NCBI RefSeq assembly: GCF_963676685.1
Contig: NC_092353.1
Location: 27,590,001-27,654,000 of the forward strand
Source: Mytilus edulis
Taxonomy: Eukaryota
Reading direction: 5' to 3'
Length of the DNA: 64,000 bases
Position 1 is the stretch's first letter, and each line of letters begins with the position of its first letter. A model generated the notes under the pieces. That model saw only the letters and a list, made by a program, of their open reading frames with translations, did not search any database and was not told the DNA's origin. Below, piece after piece: positions 13,490 to 27,127 of this stretch. The position numbers were made by a program, and so were the translations under genes.

Positions 13490-13962
13490 TGTGGCGAAAT
13501 CAGACTAACACGGAATCCTTGTTATATCTTTAATCCAATAACTAACAGTTATTTACAGTATGTACAGTTTGTAAAAGTTAATAAATACCACATTGGAATA
13601 ATCCGTCTTTTTCTTTCTAGTTCAACTGATAATACTTCTATACTTCTGTTACTACTATTTTTACAATGACAATTATCCATAAAAACCCTTATCTTCTATA
13701 CTAAAATCATAAGAACATTCTAAATCTAGAACAAATTATAATTAACTAGACTAAGAGAAATGATAAATATTCTATTTTTAGTAACAGGGTAAATTCCGGA
13801 AGATGACACTTTCTTGAGCATAAATATACACAAGTATTTTCACTACCCATCTAGAATATTCTAGAATGATTCATTTACTATAATTAAAATAACAATGTAA
13901 TTTTAAATACACAATGTCAAAATAAAAGTCCAATGTCTTTATAATTGCGTACTTTCGCAACA
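13490..13962 (-). repeat. 3' LTR of outer BEL element
   Basis: tgtggcgaaatcagac...tactttcgcaaca. Direct repeat of 27128-27609 with a few substitutions and two small indels. Confidence 0.95.
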
Positions 13963-13985
13963 CTCCAGAGGCCAAAGAAAGTCTA

Positions 13986-16900
13986 TCATGATTCCAGCTG
14001 TTCTTGTATCTTCTTCATTGCTGTTCGGGCTGCTTGTCTTTGTGTTCTCTCTCGTGTAGTACTAGTTTTGTCATTTATCAACTCAGTATCCTTTTCCGTA
14101 TTTGAGTGTTTTAAGCCCTCATCTAACTCTTCACATTCTATAAAATAAAGCATATTCAGAGCTCTGTTTAATGTCTTTTTATTAGGTAGCATAACTTTTC
14201 CAGATCTTATTTGACCATATCGACTGACTACTAATTGACATATACGGCCAATTTTCCAATTTCCTCGTGGAAGGTTTTCCTTAATTAACACTATGTCACC
14301 AACCTTAGCTGGAGTTTAGCTCTGAATTCTTCCACTCCTTAGTTTGTTGGCAGTTCTTTCACGTAGACTAAGGAGATTCTCATCTCTCCATGTTTTCCAA
14401 AACATAGTTAGATGTTTCTGTCCTTTCTTCCATGTCAATAGCAATTTTTTAGCACTACTGATTTGTGGTAAATATTCTGGATCTGTAGAATCTTCTTCGT
14501 TATGATCTGGAAATCCTGTTTTAGCGTTCAGAGTTAGAAAGTGTGCTGGTGTAAGAATAATATTGGAATGTATGTCATCTCCAATATAAACAAGTGGTCT
14601 AGAATTCACCACTGCTTCAGATTCAGCTAAGAGAGTTCTAAATTGTTCATTTGTTAGACATAACTTTCCAATTGTTTTCCGTAAACATTGTTTCACAATA
14701 CCAATTAATCTTTCATAAAATCCACCCATCCAAAGTGCCAACTCAACAATGAATTTCCACTGAATTCCTTCATTTGCCATGTATGTTTGCACACCTGAAT
14801 CGACTGTTACACCATTCCATGCTTCTTCTAAGGTTTTGCTAGCTAATTTGAACTGGGATCCATTATCTGAAATTATTTGTTTTGGGTTACCCCAGCGAGC
14901 AATGAACCTTCGAAAGCCTAGTAAAAATTCCTCTGCTGACATGTCTTGCATTAATTCCATATGTATGGCTCGAACCACTAGACATGTATATAAGCACACC
15001 CATACTTTTTTGCTTCCAGTGTCTGATTTCACAAAAATTGGTCCAAAATAGTCTACTCCTGTATATGTAAATGGGGCTGACTCGTTTACTCGTTTCTTTG
15101 GTAGTGGAGGCATTAATGGCATTTTATATGGTCCGCCTTCACACCGTTTGCAGATTGTACATTTTCTCAAAACTCTTTTTACTTCTGAACGTCCTTGTGG
15201 AATCCAGTACGTTTGACGCATCGCTGATAAAGTTTGTGAGACACCAACATGAAAGTTTTTTCTGTGCATGCTTTCAATTAACAGTTCAGTAACTTTGTTT
15301 TTCTTTGGAAGTAATATTGGTGTTTTGCCCCTTCTGACAGTTGAGCAGCTCCTAATCTACCAACACACCTGATCACATTTTCCTGGTCTAAAATGACCCC
15401 TAACTGACTTACTAAGTTGTGTCTTTTATTTTCTTTAATTGCTATCATCACTTCACCAAAACATTGTTTTTGAACAGATTTTATCCACAATAACTTTGCG
15501 TGTTCTAGCTCTGCAGCTGTTAGAGGACCAGATATCGTCTCTTTATTTAATCGTTTAACAAATCTCAATACCCAAGCTGATACTCTGATCAAGCGGATAA
15601 ATGAGGAAAATCTGTTACAATCAATGTCTAACAGATACCCAACACTAGATTTCGAATTTTCAACACTGTTTGTTTCTCCGTCAGGACCCTCTCCAGCAAG
15701 GAATTTTGCTTCATGTAATACTTTAGATACCTTGTATTCTGATTCAATCGAATTTCGATTGTCAACACTTATATTGTGAGGATCCCAACTAGGCCACTCA
15801 GTTCTGTGTTTAGTTGACCAAAAGGGACCATGCCACCATTGGCTGTTTTCTTTTAACAGTGATACTGTTGTGCCTCTGCTTGCAATATCAGCTGGATTTT
15901 CCTTCGTATAGACGTACTGAAATTGAATGTCTTGTTGCTGCCTAATCTCCTTTATTCTATTATCAACAAATATTGCTAGAGGTTTTTTCGATCCTATCCA
16001 GTGTAAAACACATTGAGAATCTGTGCACAAAATCGTCTCACAGATAGGAAGTTTTAATTGCTTCTTAACAAAGTCAATGCAACGGACACCAATGACAACT
16101 GCTAATAACTCAAGTCGTGGTAAAGTTATTTTCTTATTTGGTACCAAGCGTGTCTTGGAAAACAGTAAATCAATTTTACATAAGTTATCTTCCCTGAGTT
16201 GATGTAGATAAACAGCAGAAGCATAGGCTTTGGTTGAAGCAACGCAAAAGCATAGAAATCTAAACGTAACTGTACCTGGTAGCCCAATAGCTCTAGGAAT
16301 ATGATATTCCTGAATTTCATTTAAATCAAAAGAGATTTCTTTCCATTGCTGAATATCTTCCTCTGTCAGTTGTTCATCCCATTCCATTTTCTTGTTCCAC
16401 AACATTTGGAGGAAAAGCTTGGTTCTTAGAGTCACAGGTGTAAAAAATCCAAGTGGATCAAACACAGAAACCACTCTCTGTAATACTTCTCTTTTGGTGA
16501 TTGGAAACATGATATCATTTCTTGCACTGTTCACCATTAATGTATCATCTTTTATAGTCCAAATTAATCCAAGAACCTTTAATTTTTCTCTATTCGCCTG
16601 ATCTTTCTTGGGAATGCATTCTAAAAATTTCTGTGAATTTGATGCCCATTCTCTTAAGTTCATTGATGCATCACTGAATATTTGTTTTGCCTCTTTATAT
16701 AATGTAACTGCATTCTCTGTCGAATCTACTCCAGTGATAAAATTATCCACATAAATGTTTTCTCTAATATTTGCTGCTGTTGCATTTTTGTTTGTGTCAA
16801 GATGATATTCCAAAGTTGCTGCAAGTAGGAAAGGACTTGATATAACTCCAAATGGCACTCTGCAAAATCTGTAAACTTGTACATTGTTTTCTACAGTTGG

Positions 16901-17668
16901 ATGATTAATGTTTCTTAGCCAAAAAAATCTAGTTGCATCTCTGTCATTTTTTTGTAGTTCAATTTGTAGAAATGCCTTTTCAATATCAGCAACTACTGCA
17001 ATTTTGTTCATTCGAAAACGCAACAAGAGTCCACATAAATCTTGTAACATTACAGGTCCTCTGTGCAGGCAATCATTCAAACTTTTATTCTCTTGTTTTG
17101 ATTTGGCAGACGCATCATAAACTATCCTTACTTTAGTTGTAGGTTTGGTTGGGTCAACTACTGCATGATGTGGTATGTAATGCTTGATTCCGGTATCCTT
17201 ACTACATTGGTTTGACACCTTTTCTATGATGCCTTTTTTGCACTGGTCTTGAATAATCTCATCATACTTGTTTAATAGGTCAGGATTGTTCTTCATTTTC
17301 TGAAAAAGTGACTTTAGTCTTCCGTATGCAAGTTCCCTATTTTCAGGAAGTTCCGGTAATTTTTCTTTCCATGGCCAGGCTACTTGATATCTTTTCCATT
17401 TTGAGTGAGGTGACAAAGTTACTCAAAGTATTTTCGTCGTCTGATGTATATGGACAATCTTGTATTCCAATAGTTTCCAATTTCCAGAAATCTTCAATGG
17501 AAGGCTTGATTTGTAGACATGTGTCAATTGTAGAGTGAAGACATCATTCTGTTATAGATAATAAGCCATTTACTGTCATGGTCATTTTGTTCTCTTTTTC
17601 TTCATCACTTAATTGTGACCTTCCTGTAAGGATCCATCCTAGCTTAGAGCCAAGTAGATAAAGCCCTT
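13986..17668 (-). pseudogene. pol: Outer BEL pol: RT, Pao RNase H/peptidase A17 region, integrase and C-terminal domain (disrupted)
   Basis: YIPHHAV, ADIEKAFLQI, YVDN, PRLEL, NPADIASRG, H..H...C..C zinc finger, GVDYFGP, SDNGSQF and WMGGFYERLIG motifs. Split across ORFs 15278-17416, 14316-15269 and 13986-14291. Confidence 0.93.
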
Positions 17669-17877
17669 TGTAGATTATTGCGTTGCGTTGTGTATTTGAT
17701 CGTAAGCTAACTAAGGCGTTAAAGATAGAACTACGTCTGCCATTATACGTTTCTATTCAATACAACATAAAGTATAACAGTTACGCGACGTCACAAAGAT
17801 AGCGGCCGTACCGCAAAAAGGTACGTTAATATTAGCGCAATTCTTAACATTCTGGGGCCGCAGAAAATGATATTTAA

Positions 17878-19435
17878 CCCTTTAACGTTCCTACCGGTCA
17901 ATTTGACCGATAAGCAAAATTTGTGGCGGAGTAGTTTGCATGAAGTTTTGTATCGTTGACAATTTTTAACGTACATATGTGGTTGTGGGCTCAAATTGAA
18001 GATCAGTATACCACCAACTTGATTTTTGGTGTCTGAAACCAACAAAATGCAATGCATCATGTCAATTTGCCCTATATTGACAAGATTTTTTTGGGGGAAA
18101 ACTGTTTTATTTCTATTTTTAAATAGAATATTTTCACAAAATGTCACAAGACAAATTGTTGCTGTTTTTTGTTTTAAAATGACAATTTTGATAACTGTGC
18201 CGTGATCATTTACAAGAATACTATCAAAACTGTAAGTAAAACTCATACACATACAAAAAATCTGATTCATAGAGTATCAACACTGAAACAAACTCAAATT
18301 ACAAGGAATTTTCATGTTTTGTTTTGTCAGTTTTTATAGCAAAAGAGATGAGAACATCCAAAATGTGTTAAAAATTGTTAGCCAAGTCGAAATAGCAATA
18401 ACAAATCTTTGTTTCTTTAGTGTCTGGTTATGAGGGTGTTGGATATCGTATCGCTAAGGTATAGAAATAGTGACATATAGACGAAAAAACGAACATTTCT
18501 GAATAACTTTCTTACAAATTTGCTTCAAAAAATAATAATTTTCAAAAAATAGCTTCTTAAGAAAACGAAGTTTGATTATGTTCTCGCAACATTAATTTCT
18601 AGTCTTACAGAGAAGGTGACTTATATGCTTAAATTTCATAAGTTTTCCAATGGTTTCTGTGGCTCAGTGGAAAGATGCACAGTCTAACACCCGGATGATC
18701 GCGGGTTCAAACCTCACTGCCGGAGGATGAAAAAATTAATTCCTATATTAAATGTAACTCAACTTAACTTTACTTTCAATTTCAATTAAGACAACTGAAA
18801 TACATGATTTACATCAAAAAGAAAAATCCCCCCCCCCCCCTTTTTCTCCCCTCTCTCTGTTTTTGTTACATTCTTAGCCTGGGCACTCAAAAATACCAGA
18901 TTTTCATTCAATATTTACTCAAAATTCTATCCTAAAGGCTTATTCTGTCAGCAGTTATGAATAGAACATCTTTAACATAAACTTGGGCCATTTATTTGAC
19001 TATGACAAAAATTCTCAAAAAAATCCACTATTTTTCGGTGTTTCGAGTCTTGATATTTCTACCAATCAGACAAGTTTTGCATCTTTCTGTATAAAGTTTT
19101 CACCGATAACGTTTCCGAAAGTCTTCTTGCATTAATTTAACACTAAAACTATGTTCTATTTTTGTCACTAAATGTCTGTAAAACCGCTTTTCCGCTTGAA
19201 TTGTACATTTTTGTCACTTTAATTCAGCATGTCACGTGACTTTTGAGGGATATCACGTGACCAACGTAAGAAATTATTTTCCTTAAATCAAGTTTTCCTG
19301 AAACCTTGGTCAATTATCTATCAGATGAGTCTAACTTGTCCTTTGAGTGAGCTTTTTATCGAAATGTGCAATTGATTGAAAACAGATATCCTTTATTCGG
19401 GAAGAAAAGGTAAAAAATCCTTGAATGTTAAAGGG
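17878..19435. mobile_element. Non-autonomous piggyBac-like element in the 3' UTR of the inner BEL element
   Basis: TTAA|CCCTTTAACGTTC ... GAATGTTAAAGGG|TTAA, i.e. a TTAA TSD and 13-bp TIRs with one mismatch. No transposase ORF. Confidence 0.88.
18653..18725 (+). other. tRNA-derived sequence (tRNA-Val(AAC)-like pseudogene or SINE head)
   Basis: GTTTCTG start, A box TGGCTCAGTGG, CTAACAC loop, B box GGTTCAAACC. The acceptor stem does not close. Confidence 0.55.
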
Positions 19436-19610
19436 TTAACTTAAATTTGAAATACAATATGAAAAATTCGTAAATTGTGACATAAAAAGAAATAAAATCA
19501 TATTTAAAGTCTCTCAATAGTATTTTAACTGTTCACGTCTGAATAATTTAACACTTTTACAAGTCTATATAATAACTGGAGTTAATTGAACAGTCTATAC
19601 ATCCACTAAT

Positions 19611-19664
19611 TTCTCCAGGGCAGAAAAGTTCTCCAGGGCAGAAAAGTTCTCCAGGGCAGAAAAG
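19611..19664. repeat. Three perfect copies of an 18-bp tandem repeat (ttctccagggcagaaaag)
   Basis: Directly visible, immediately downstream of the inner gag-pol stop codon. Confidence 0.95.
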
Positions 19665-19665
19665 T

Positions 19666-22600
19666 TCATTCACTGTCATCATGTGTACTACGTATTTCCA
19701 ACGGATAGAGCTTCACAATCGGACGGTTGGTGATTCCTGTGTCGGTCTTGATAACAGCTGATCGAATGAGTCCATCCTTTCCACGAACTAAATCTTGTAC
19801 AACTGCTAATTTCCACATTATACGATTTGTGTCATTGTGTACTTGTACAATGTCACCTATTTGTATTGTTTGTTCGTTTCTTCCAGATGTACGGTGAAAT
19901 TCACGGAGTGACGTCAGATATTCGTGTTTCCATCTTGAGCGAAAATGGTTGATTAGTTCATTATTTCTCTGTAAATTTTTATTGAGTTTCACGTGCAAAT
20001 CTTCGGAAGTAGCACTGTCAATATTCTGTTCCGATTGGTTGTCAAGTCGACGACCATATAAAAGGTGCGCTGGCGTCAGCGGTTCGGGATCTTTAATATC
20101 AGTAGAAATGTGAGTTATCGGACGATTGTTTAGAGTTCCCTCGATTTCGATTACAATTGTATTCAACATTTCCGTAGTGACACATGACTTTCCTAGTATT
20201 GCTTTAATTGACTTTTTCGTGAGTCCAATTAGGCGTTCCCAAAAGCCTCCAAACCACGGTGCTCGGTTGGGTATGAATTTCCACTCCGTTCCTTGATCGG
20301 CCAGTTTTTCTTGTATTCGGTTGTCTTTGCTTGATCTTGTAATCTTTTCGGCGGCTGCCTTGAAGGTTGTTGCATTATCGGACAACATAATCCTTGGTGT
20401 AGATCTCCTAGCGACAAATCTTTTAAAAGCAAGCATGAAAGACTCCTCGGTTAAATCTGTGACTATCTCCAAGTGTATAGCTCGTGTAGCGGCGCAAGTG
20501 AATAAACAAATATATGTTTTGCTTAATTCGTTCTGTTTTCCTTTTGTATACAAAGCTCCTGTGAAATCAACGCCGGTTACTGAAAAAGGATAATCGTAGT
20601 TGACTCGATCTTTAGGTAGCGGTGGCGGATCGGGTGCGCTGTAAGGCATTCCTGATATTTTAATGCATTGGACGCATTTACGAATTTGTGATTTTACGCA
20701 CTGCCTTATTCTCGGTATCCAATATTTCTGTTGAATATATGCGATTGTACTGTTAAGTCCGGCATGTAAAGTCTTTGTGTGTGCATCCATTACGATTAAG
20801 GACGTAAGACTGTGGTGTGTTGGTAATAACAACGGATATTTAGTACTCTCCTTCACAAGTGCGTTTTGTATTCTCCCGGTAGAACGTAGTAATCCATTTT
20901 TGTCTGTATATAGTTTAAGTTGTCGAACAAGTGGCACTTTTGTCTGTGACGATGAATTCAAGCTTTCAATTTCATCCTTAAATGTTTCCTGTTGTACTGT
21001 TACTATTAGAACTTTTAATGCTTTACATCGCTCCTCAACACTGATAAATCCGATTGACCGTTTATCTTTTGAATTCCGTAAATTCTGTATAAAACGCAAG
21101 ACGTATGCTGTTACTCTAATTGCTTTTTCTAAAGATCTGTATCGTTGTATAGCTATACATGAAATTGTCTGTGTTGAAGCATTTTTACTTTCATCGTCTG
21201 TATTGTCATCACTAACAGTTACCATCGTGCTGCAGTCTTCAATTTTCCTCGTCCATGTCGGCCAATTTTCACGATTTAAAATCCATTGTGGACCGTTCAT
21301 CCATAAGCTGTTATTATAAAGGTGTTTAGCGTAAATTCCGCGAGTTAAGTAATCAGCTGGATTGTCGTCTGTTGGACAATAATTCCATTCAGCATTCTCT
21401 GTTAATTTTCTTATTTCTTTAAGTCGATTTGCTACGAACGGTTTTAAGTTTTTTGACGATTTAATCCAACTCAAAACAATTTGACTATCGCTCCACATAT
21501 ACACATGTTCTGTTGTTATGACTTTAAGGAGATGCGTTGCTAATCTGGCGCCGATAAGCGCGCCCATAAGTTCTAAACGTGGCAATGAAATCGGTTTTAC
21601 GGGTACTACTCTGTTTTTAGCCATGACGATGACCGATGAATTTGCTGTAACTAAGTAAGCACAAGCTCCGTATGCTAACTGACTGGCGTCTGTGAAAATA
21701 TGTAGCGACGTTTTCTCGTTAATAACTCCTTCCGTTAACATTCGTGGAAATACTATTTTGGTACCCTCCTCGATATCTAAAGCTATTACCTGCCATTTAC
21801 TTCTCTGTTCGTCGGACAAACATTCATCTCAATCCAATTTTGCCTTCCATAAAGTCTGCATAAACAGCTTAGCTTTCACCGTAATTGGCGTGATTAATCC
21901 AAGGGGGTCGAAAATTCTAGAAGATGTGCGCAAAACCTCACGTTTTGTTATCATTTTGTTCTTTTCCATAAATTCAATCTGTTGAAATTTCAAATCGTCG
22001 GATTCCCTATCCCATCTCATGCCTAAAATTTTGACTATGTCGTCATTGTCGCCGATCTTGTCTTGTCCTGCGACGTTCTGTAATTCCGTACTATTAGAAT
22101 TCCAAGACCGTAAGTTGAATCCTGCCTCTGACAATAATTTTCTTGACTCCGTGTAGAATTTTAAAAGGGATTGTTTATCTGTAAAACTGGTTAGAACGTT
22201 ATCCACGTATAAATTTCTCTGTAATTCTGTTGATGTAGTTGACGGATTGTCTCTAAAATGTTTCATTAGCGTGGCGCTTAACATGAATGGCGAACAGGTG
22301 GCGCCGAAAAGTACAACCTTAAACCGGTAAGTAATCAAACGGCTTTCTGTGTCCATGGGATTCTCTAACCAATAAAATCTTGTGACATCTCTGTCATCAA
22401 CATCTAATTCAATATGCAAAAATGCTTTTTCAATATCCGCTGTAACTGCATATTTATACATTCTAAAGCGTACTAATATCTCCGTCAAATCAGTCATAAT
22501 TGGTGGATATGTTGCTAGGCAATCGTTAAGACAAGGACTACTGTCGTTCGCTCTACAGCTACAGTTATATACTATGCGTATCGGGGTGGTGACTGAATCC

Positions 22601-24879
22601 TTTTTTACGGGATGATGCGGAATGTAATGAACCTTGTTTGTGCATGTACTTTCATCATATACCTTTTCAATGAATCCTCTTTGTTCTTGATCTGTAATTA
22701 TTTCACCATACTTTCGGAACATCTCGGGATCCTTCTTAAGGCGACGAATAACGCTTTCCGTTCTGCGTTTTGCGATGCCTTCATTTGTCGGTAGTTCTGG
22801 CGCATTCTCTCTCTATGGTAATTTCGTAACATACTTATTATTTTTCTTCGTAATGGAGGTTTGTAAGTAATTTTCAATTGATTCAGCTAGGTCTGGATCA
22901 TTTTGTTCTTCAGCGTCAATTCCCAACGATTCAAGCTGCCAAAATTTTTCAAGATCGCACTCTTCTTGTTTGTGACATACTAGTATATTCATCATTGAGA
23001 AAGATGCATTACTGTTTCGCGTAGGGACAGGACCGGAAAGTAAATATCCAATTTTCGAGCTAACTGCGGTTGGACCGTTTCCACGCACTATTTTGTCTTG
23101 AACTATGTCCCAGTAGAAATCACCTCCAATTAATAAGGATATTTCAAATTGCTCTCCATCCATGACTGGGTGTGCTAATTGTAGACCACGTAAATATGAA
23201 AACTTCTGCGTGATTCCTATGTTGTGGGTTTGAAGTGGTGAAGCAATGGTTGGTACAATTAAAACTTTAATCGGGATTAAATCTCCTTCTGTAGACTTAA
23301 GATTAATTGTTGTTTTGTCAAGATTTCTCACCTTTTTTGTAGTACTTCCAAATGTAGCTATACTTAATGTTTCAGACCCTTCTTTTTTAATGTCCAATTT
23401 AGCTGCTAGTTCTTCGGTTATAAACGAGCGCTGAGCTCCCTCGTCAAAGAGTATTCTTGCATCTATACATGTATTTTTGTGAACGACTGGACTGAATGCG
23501 GTTTTCAGTAAAACAGTGGACCTTTCTTCGCTAGCGGTATACAACATAGAAGTTTCTGTGTCTACTTTATTTTGCGATTGTTCAGTTTCAATATGATGTT
23601 TATTTGAGTACGAGTTCTGTTTACATAATGAAGAGTGATGCTTCCGGTGGCAACACTTACACGTATTCTTGGATTTGCAATCGGCTATTTTATGCTTACC
23701 TAAACAATTAAAACATAACCTCTTTTCTTTTATAATGGCTACTCTTTTATCGTGATCTATGACATCTTTACATTCGTTAGGCCAGTGGTTTCCGTCACAA
23801 TATGTGCATTGTTTCTTCCGATTCGAGTTGAATAATTTGTCTGTTGTGTATATCGGACGGGTTTTATCTGTAGTTACTCGTTTAACGCCTGTTATGAAAT
23901 TTGCGCTAGGTGTTGCGGTTGAATACGTCTGTGTATAATCTCCGTAGCCGGACTCTTGAATAGAAATCTCTTTACCTATCGCGTTTCGAAGCGATTGAAT
24001 ATTCCAACTGTCGCTCCCGTTTTCTCGTGTTATATTTTTTCGTACTTCATGCGGTATCTTCCCGAGAATTACTGGTATCAATAACGATCCGTACATTTCC
24101 TGACATTGTCCGAGAGACTCTAGACCCCGTATGTAGGCTTCCGATTTGTCATGAAATGTTCTCAAACTTTCTAATGTATCATGTGGTGCGGGTATATCAA
24201 GTAGTGCTCTCATATATGCATTAATGATTTTATGTGGTTGCCCATAGCGGTTTCTCAATAATTCAATTGCTTTGTGGTAGTTTGGATTTGTCATGGTCAA
24301 TCCTGAAATTACGTTTGCAGCTTCAAATTGAAGCAATGAGTTCAAGTACGAAAATTTCTGAATGTCAGTTAATGTGTGATTGTGATGAATCGTGGTCTCG
24401 TATGAATCCCAGAAATATTGCCATTGTAGAATGTCTCCATTAAAATTGGGAAGAGATAGCTTTGGTAGGCGATGGTTATTACTTGAGGTCGAACTTGACT
24501 GAGATAACTGCTGACTTGTGTGAGTAAAAGGGTTTGTGTACGGAACAAACTCTGGTGCGTTTGAATCTAGTATAGAAGATGTTGCGTTTGTTACGGGCTT
24601 TAAGAACTTCTTAAATTTTCGAATTTTACCCTCTAAATCTAAATAATACTCATCTGTTTCAAGAATTTCATTTGTAATATCTTCTGATTCGACTGCATTT
24701 AATATCTGTTCGTCTATTGAGGCTAACGTCTTCTTTTTCTTCTCAATTGCTTCGAGCAATGTTGATACTTCCTCCGTGTCTATTTCTGAATCTCCGATGG
24801 CTTCCTCCAGTTTTTTAAAAACTTTTGTTACTGCTGCTTTGTTCCCCGCTCTCAAGGATTTTAGTCGGCTGATGTCCAT
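19666..24879 (-). pseudogene. gag-pol: Inner BEL single gag-pol ORF (~1737 codons) broken only by two in-frame stops
   Basis: ORFs 22813-24879, 21829-22722 and 19666-21819 share one frame. Motifs: LFDEGAQRSF protease, LYVDN RT, FTDAS/PRLEL/WSDS RNase H, GVDFTG/SDNA/FWERL integrase. Confidence 0.95.
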
Positions 24880-24891
24880 TCTCTCCGTTTG

Positions 24892-24905
24892 AAGTCACGG
24901 CACCA
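24892..24905 (-). promoter_or_regulatory. Primer-binding site complementary to the tRNA-His 3' end
   Basis: Minus strand TGGTGCCGTGACT, 1 nt inside the 5' LTR. Confidence 0.85.
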
Positions 24906-25087
24906 ATGTAGATTATTGCGTTGCGTTGTGTATTTGATCGTAAGCTAACTAAGGCGTTAAAGATAGAACTACGTCTGCCATTATACGTTTCTATTCAATA
25001 CAACATAAAGTATAACAATTACGCGATGTCACAAAGATAGCGGCCGTACCGCAAAAAGGTACGTTAATATTAGCGCAATTCTTAACA

Positions 25088-27050
25088 CCCTTGTTGAATT
25101 TCTATTTTCTGTTGCAATATGATATCCAAATAATAATCATTTCCGATAAGAATCTCTATTGTTGAACTTTCTAAGCAACTGGGCAGTGTGTCAGCAAGTT
25201 GCAGATTGTTACATAAGTATTTCACATTTTCACATACATCCATTTGTAAAGGTCTTCTTAGTATTGATCCTGTTATCTTAGGAACAACATTAGCATCAAT
25301 AAGCATACAAACTCCATCTTTTAGTCTGATCTTTAATGACACCTTTTGTGTTCTTAATGTTTTTGGCTTATCTGCACCAAATGTTACAAGAGTTATCCTC
25401 TCTCTAGCTTTCTTCTTCAAATTTAATCTCTTGGCCAAATTTTCTGTTATATATGTTCGCTGAGATCCGGAGTTCATTAGTAGTCTTACTACTTTTGTTT
25501 CAATAACTTCTGTATTTGACACAGTTGTTTGAGCTGTCTGCATCAAAACTATATCTCCGGAGGACAACAACCTATTCTCTGGTACGTTCTCTTCACTTAA
25601 AGCTATTTCACAAATTTCATCAGCTAGATGTGAAACTTCGAATTCTTTCTGTTGAGAGGGAATTGTCTTTGGGCATAGACTTCTATGGTGTCCCTTTTTC
25701 TGTTTGCAATGATAGCATGCTTTTTCAAATTTACAGTCTCTACTAACATGTCCTGGTTTCAAGCATGTATAACAACTATCTTTGATTTTCTGCTTTTTGT
25801 CTTCAATAGTACTGAACTTTCTGCACTCATCACTCCAATGGTGTCCATCACAATATCGGCAAACCATTGAATTTCCACTGCCTGAGCATTTTCCAAATGG
25901 CTTTATTGTCATCAGAGCTTCTGCAGATAAGTGTTTTCTTGGTTGAAAATTATTGTTGTTTGACTGGATTTTAGACTGCTGTTTTTCTTCAGAACTGGGA
26001 CCAGTATGTGTTTCCTTAGACTGACTTTCTGCAGCTTCCCTAGCAGTTAAGCAAAAATGTTAAGTAAGTATTGAAAAACTGTCTTAACTTCCCTACTGTC
26101 CATCTTTCATTGTTACCTTTCTGTATTTCAAGTTGAATCATGACTTCCTTTAGTAGCTTAGATGTTATCATCGAGATGAATACATCTTGGGTTACATCTT
26201 GATGCATTGCGTCCAAACTACGTAAGTGTCGTTCCAAGTCATCATAAAGTCTACGTAGATGTGTAGTTTCATTTGAAGCTGACTGAAGGTTTATTAAATC
26301 TGAACAGTGCTTGTTGACAACAGATTGAACATTTCCAAATCTTTCCTTTAGTATTGAAATTGCTACATCGTAATTTTCATGGGAGAGCGTTAAGTCAGAT
26401 ATAGCAGAATTAGCTGTTCCAAAAAGTTTGCTTTTCAAGTAATTTAATTTCTCTATTTTTGTCAAGCTTTGATTTGTGTGCACTGCTGCTTCCCAAAATT
26501 CTGTCCATTTTAACTTATCTCCATTGTACGAAACTAGGTCTAATTTAGGAAGTTTAACTGCACTTACTGTTGAAGGTTGACTTTTCCTCTGTAATTCTTG
26601 GAGTTGTAACTGTTGAAACTGTAATATCTGTTCTTGCATTTGTGTCTGTAATTGTAATAAATGCTCCACCTTGTGGTCCGTGGCCGTTTCTGTTTACTTA
26701 ATATCTGTAATTTTATCCTGAATTTCTTCCTCGAATATTTTTAATTCGTCTAAGCGCTGTGTTATACCGTCAAGCAATTAAAAATATATTTCACTTGCCT
26801 TTTTAAATTTTAGAATTTCACCCTCGTTATCTTCTTTCTCTTCTAATATAAGTGAAATTTCTTTCGTACTATCTTCAAGTTTTGCTACAAAATCCTTTAA
26901 TCGTCTCTTTGCTGATAAAATTTGCCTTAATTGTGTTGTCACACTTTCATCTTGAATCCCTTGTGCTATTATATCTCCACTTTTATCTAGTTCTTTAGCT
27001 AACAAATTATTGTACCTTGTACAGAGTCCTTTCAAATATGAGACTGCCAT
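25088..27050 (-). pseudogene. gag: Outer BEL gag (DUF1759-like, Cys/His knuckles) and aspartic protease (disrupted)
   Basis: VKLPKLDLVSYNGD, CRYCDGHHWSDEC, CYTCLKPGHVSRDC and LMNSGSQRTYIT (catalytic Asp reads Asn). Several stops and frameshifts. Confidence 0.9.
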
Positions 27051-27104
27051 CTTTTCTGTGGTAACTCCTTTTCCGTGTTCTTTATAAATTTTCTTTTCTG
27101 TAAC

Positions 27105-27122
27105 TCCCGGGTTCCGGCACGA
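27105..27122 (-). promoter_or_regulatory. Primer-binding site, tRNA-Phe-like (degenerate)
   Basis: Minus strand tcgtgccggaacccggga vs the tRNA-Phe 3' complement tggtgccgaaacccggga. Confidence 0.7.
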
Positions 27123-27127
27123 TACAA

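Larger units (their letters stand above)
17669..25087 (-). mobile_element. Young BEL/Pao LTR retrotransposon nested in the outer element
   Basis: 181-bp LTRs at 17669-17849 and 24907-25087 (two differences seen), TSD CCCTT (17664-68 and 25088-92), PBS tggtgccgtgact (tRNA-His), and a PPT-like cggccccagaa next to the 3' LTR. Confidence 0.97.

Noticed and set aside
17791-18270. 159-aa ORF as a possible env-like extra gene of the inner BEL element
   Set aside because: It spans the piggyBac-like insert/LTR junction and has no TM or fusion-protein features.
18653-18725. Functional tRNA gene
   Set aside because: The acceptor and anticodon stems pair poorly. Kept only as tRNA-derived.
14779-25870. 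Numerous plus-strand ORFs within the BEL elements
   Set aside because: They are antisense shadows of the gag-pol frames.
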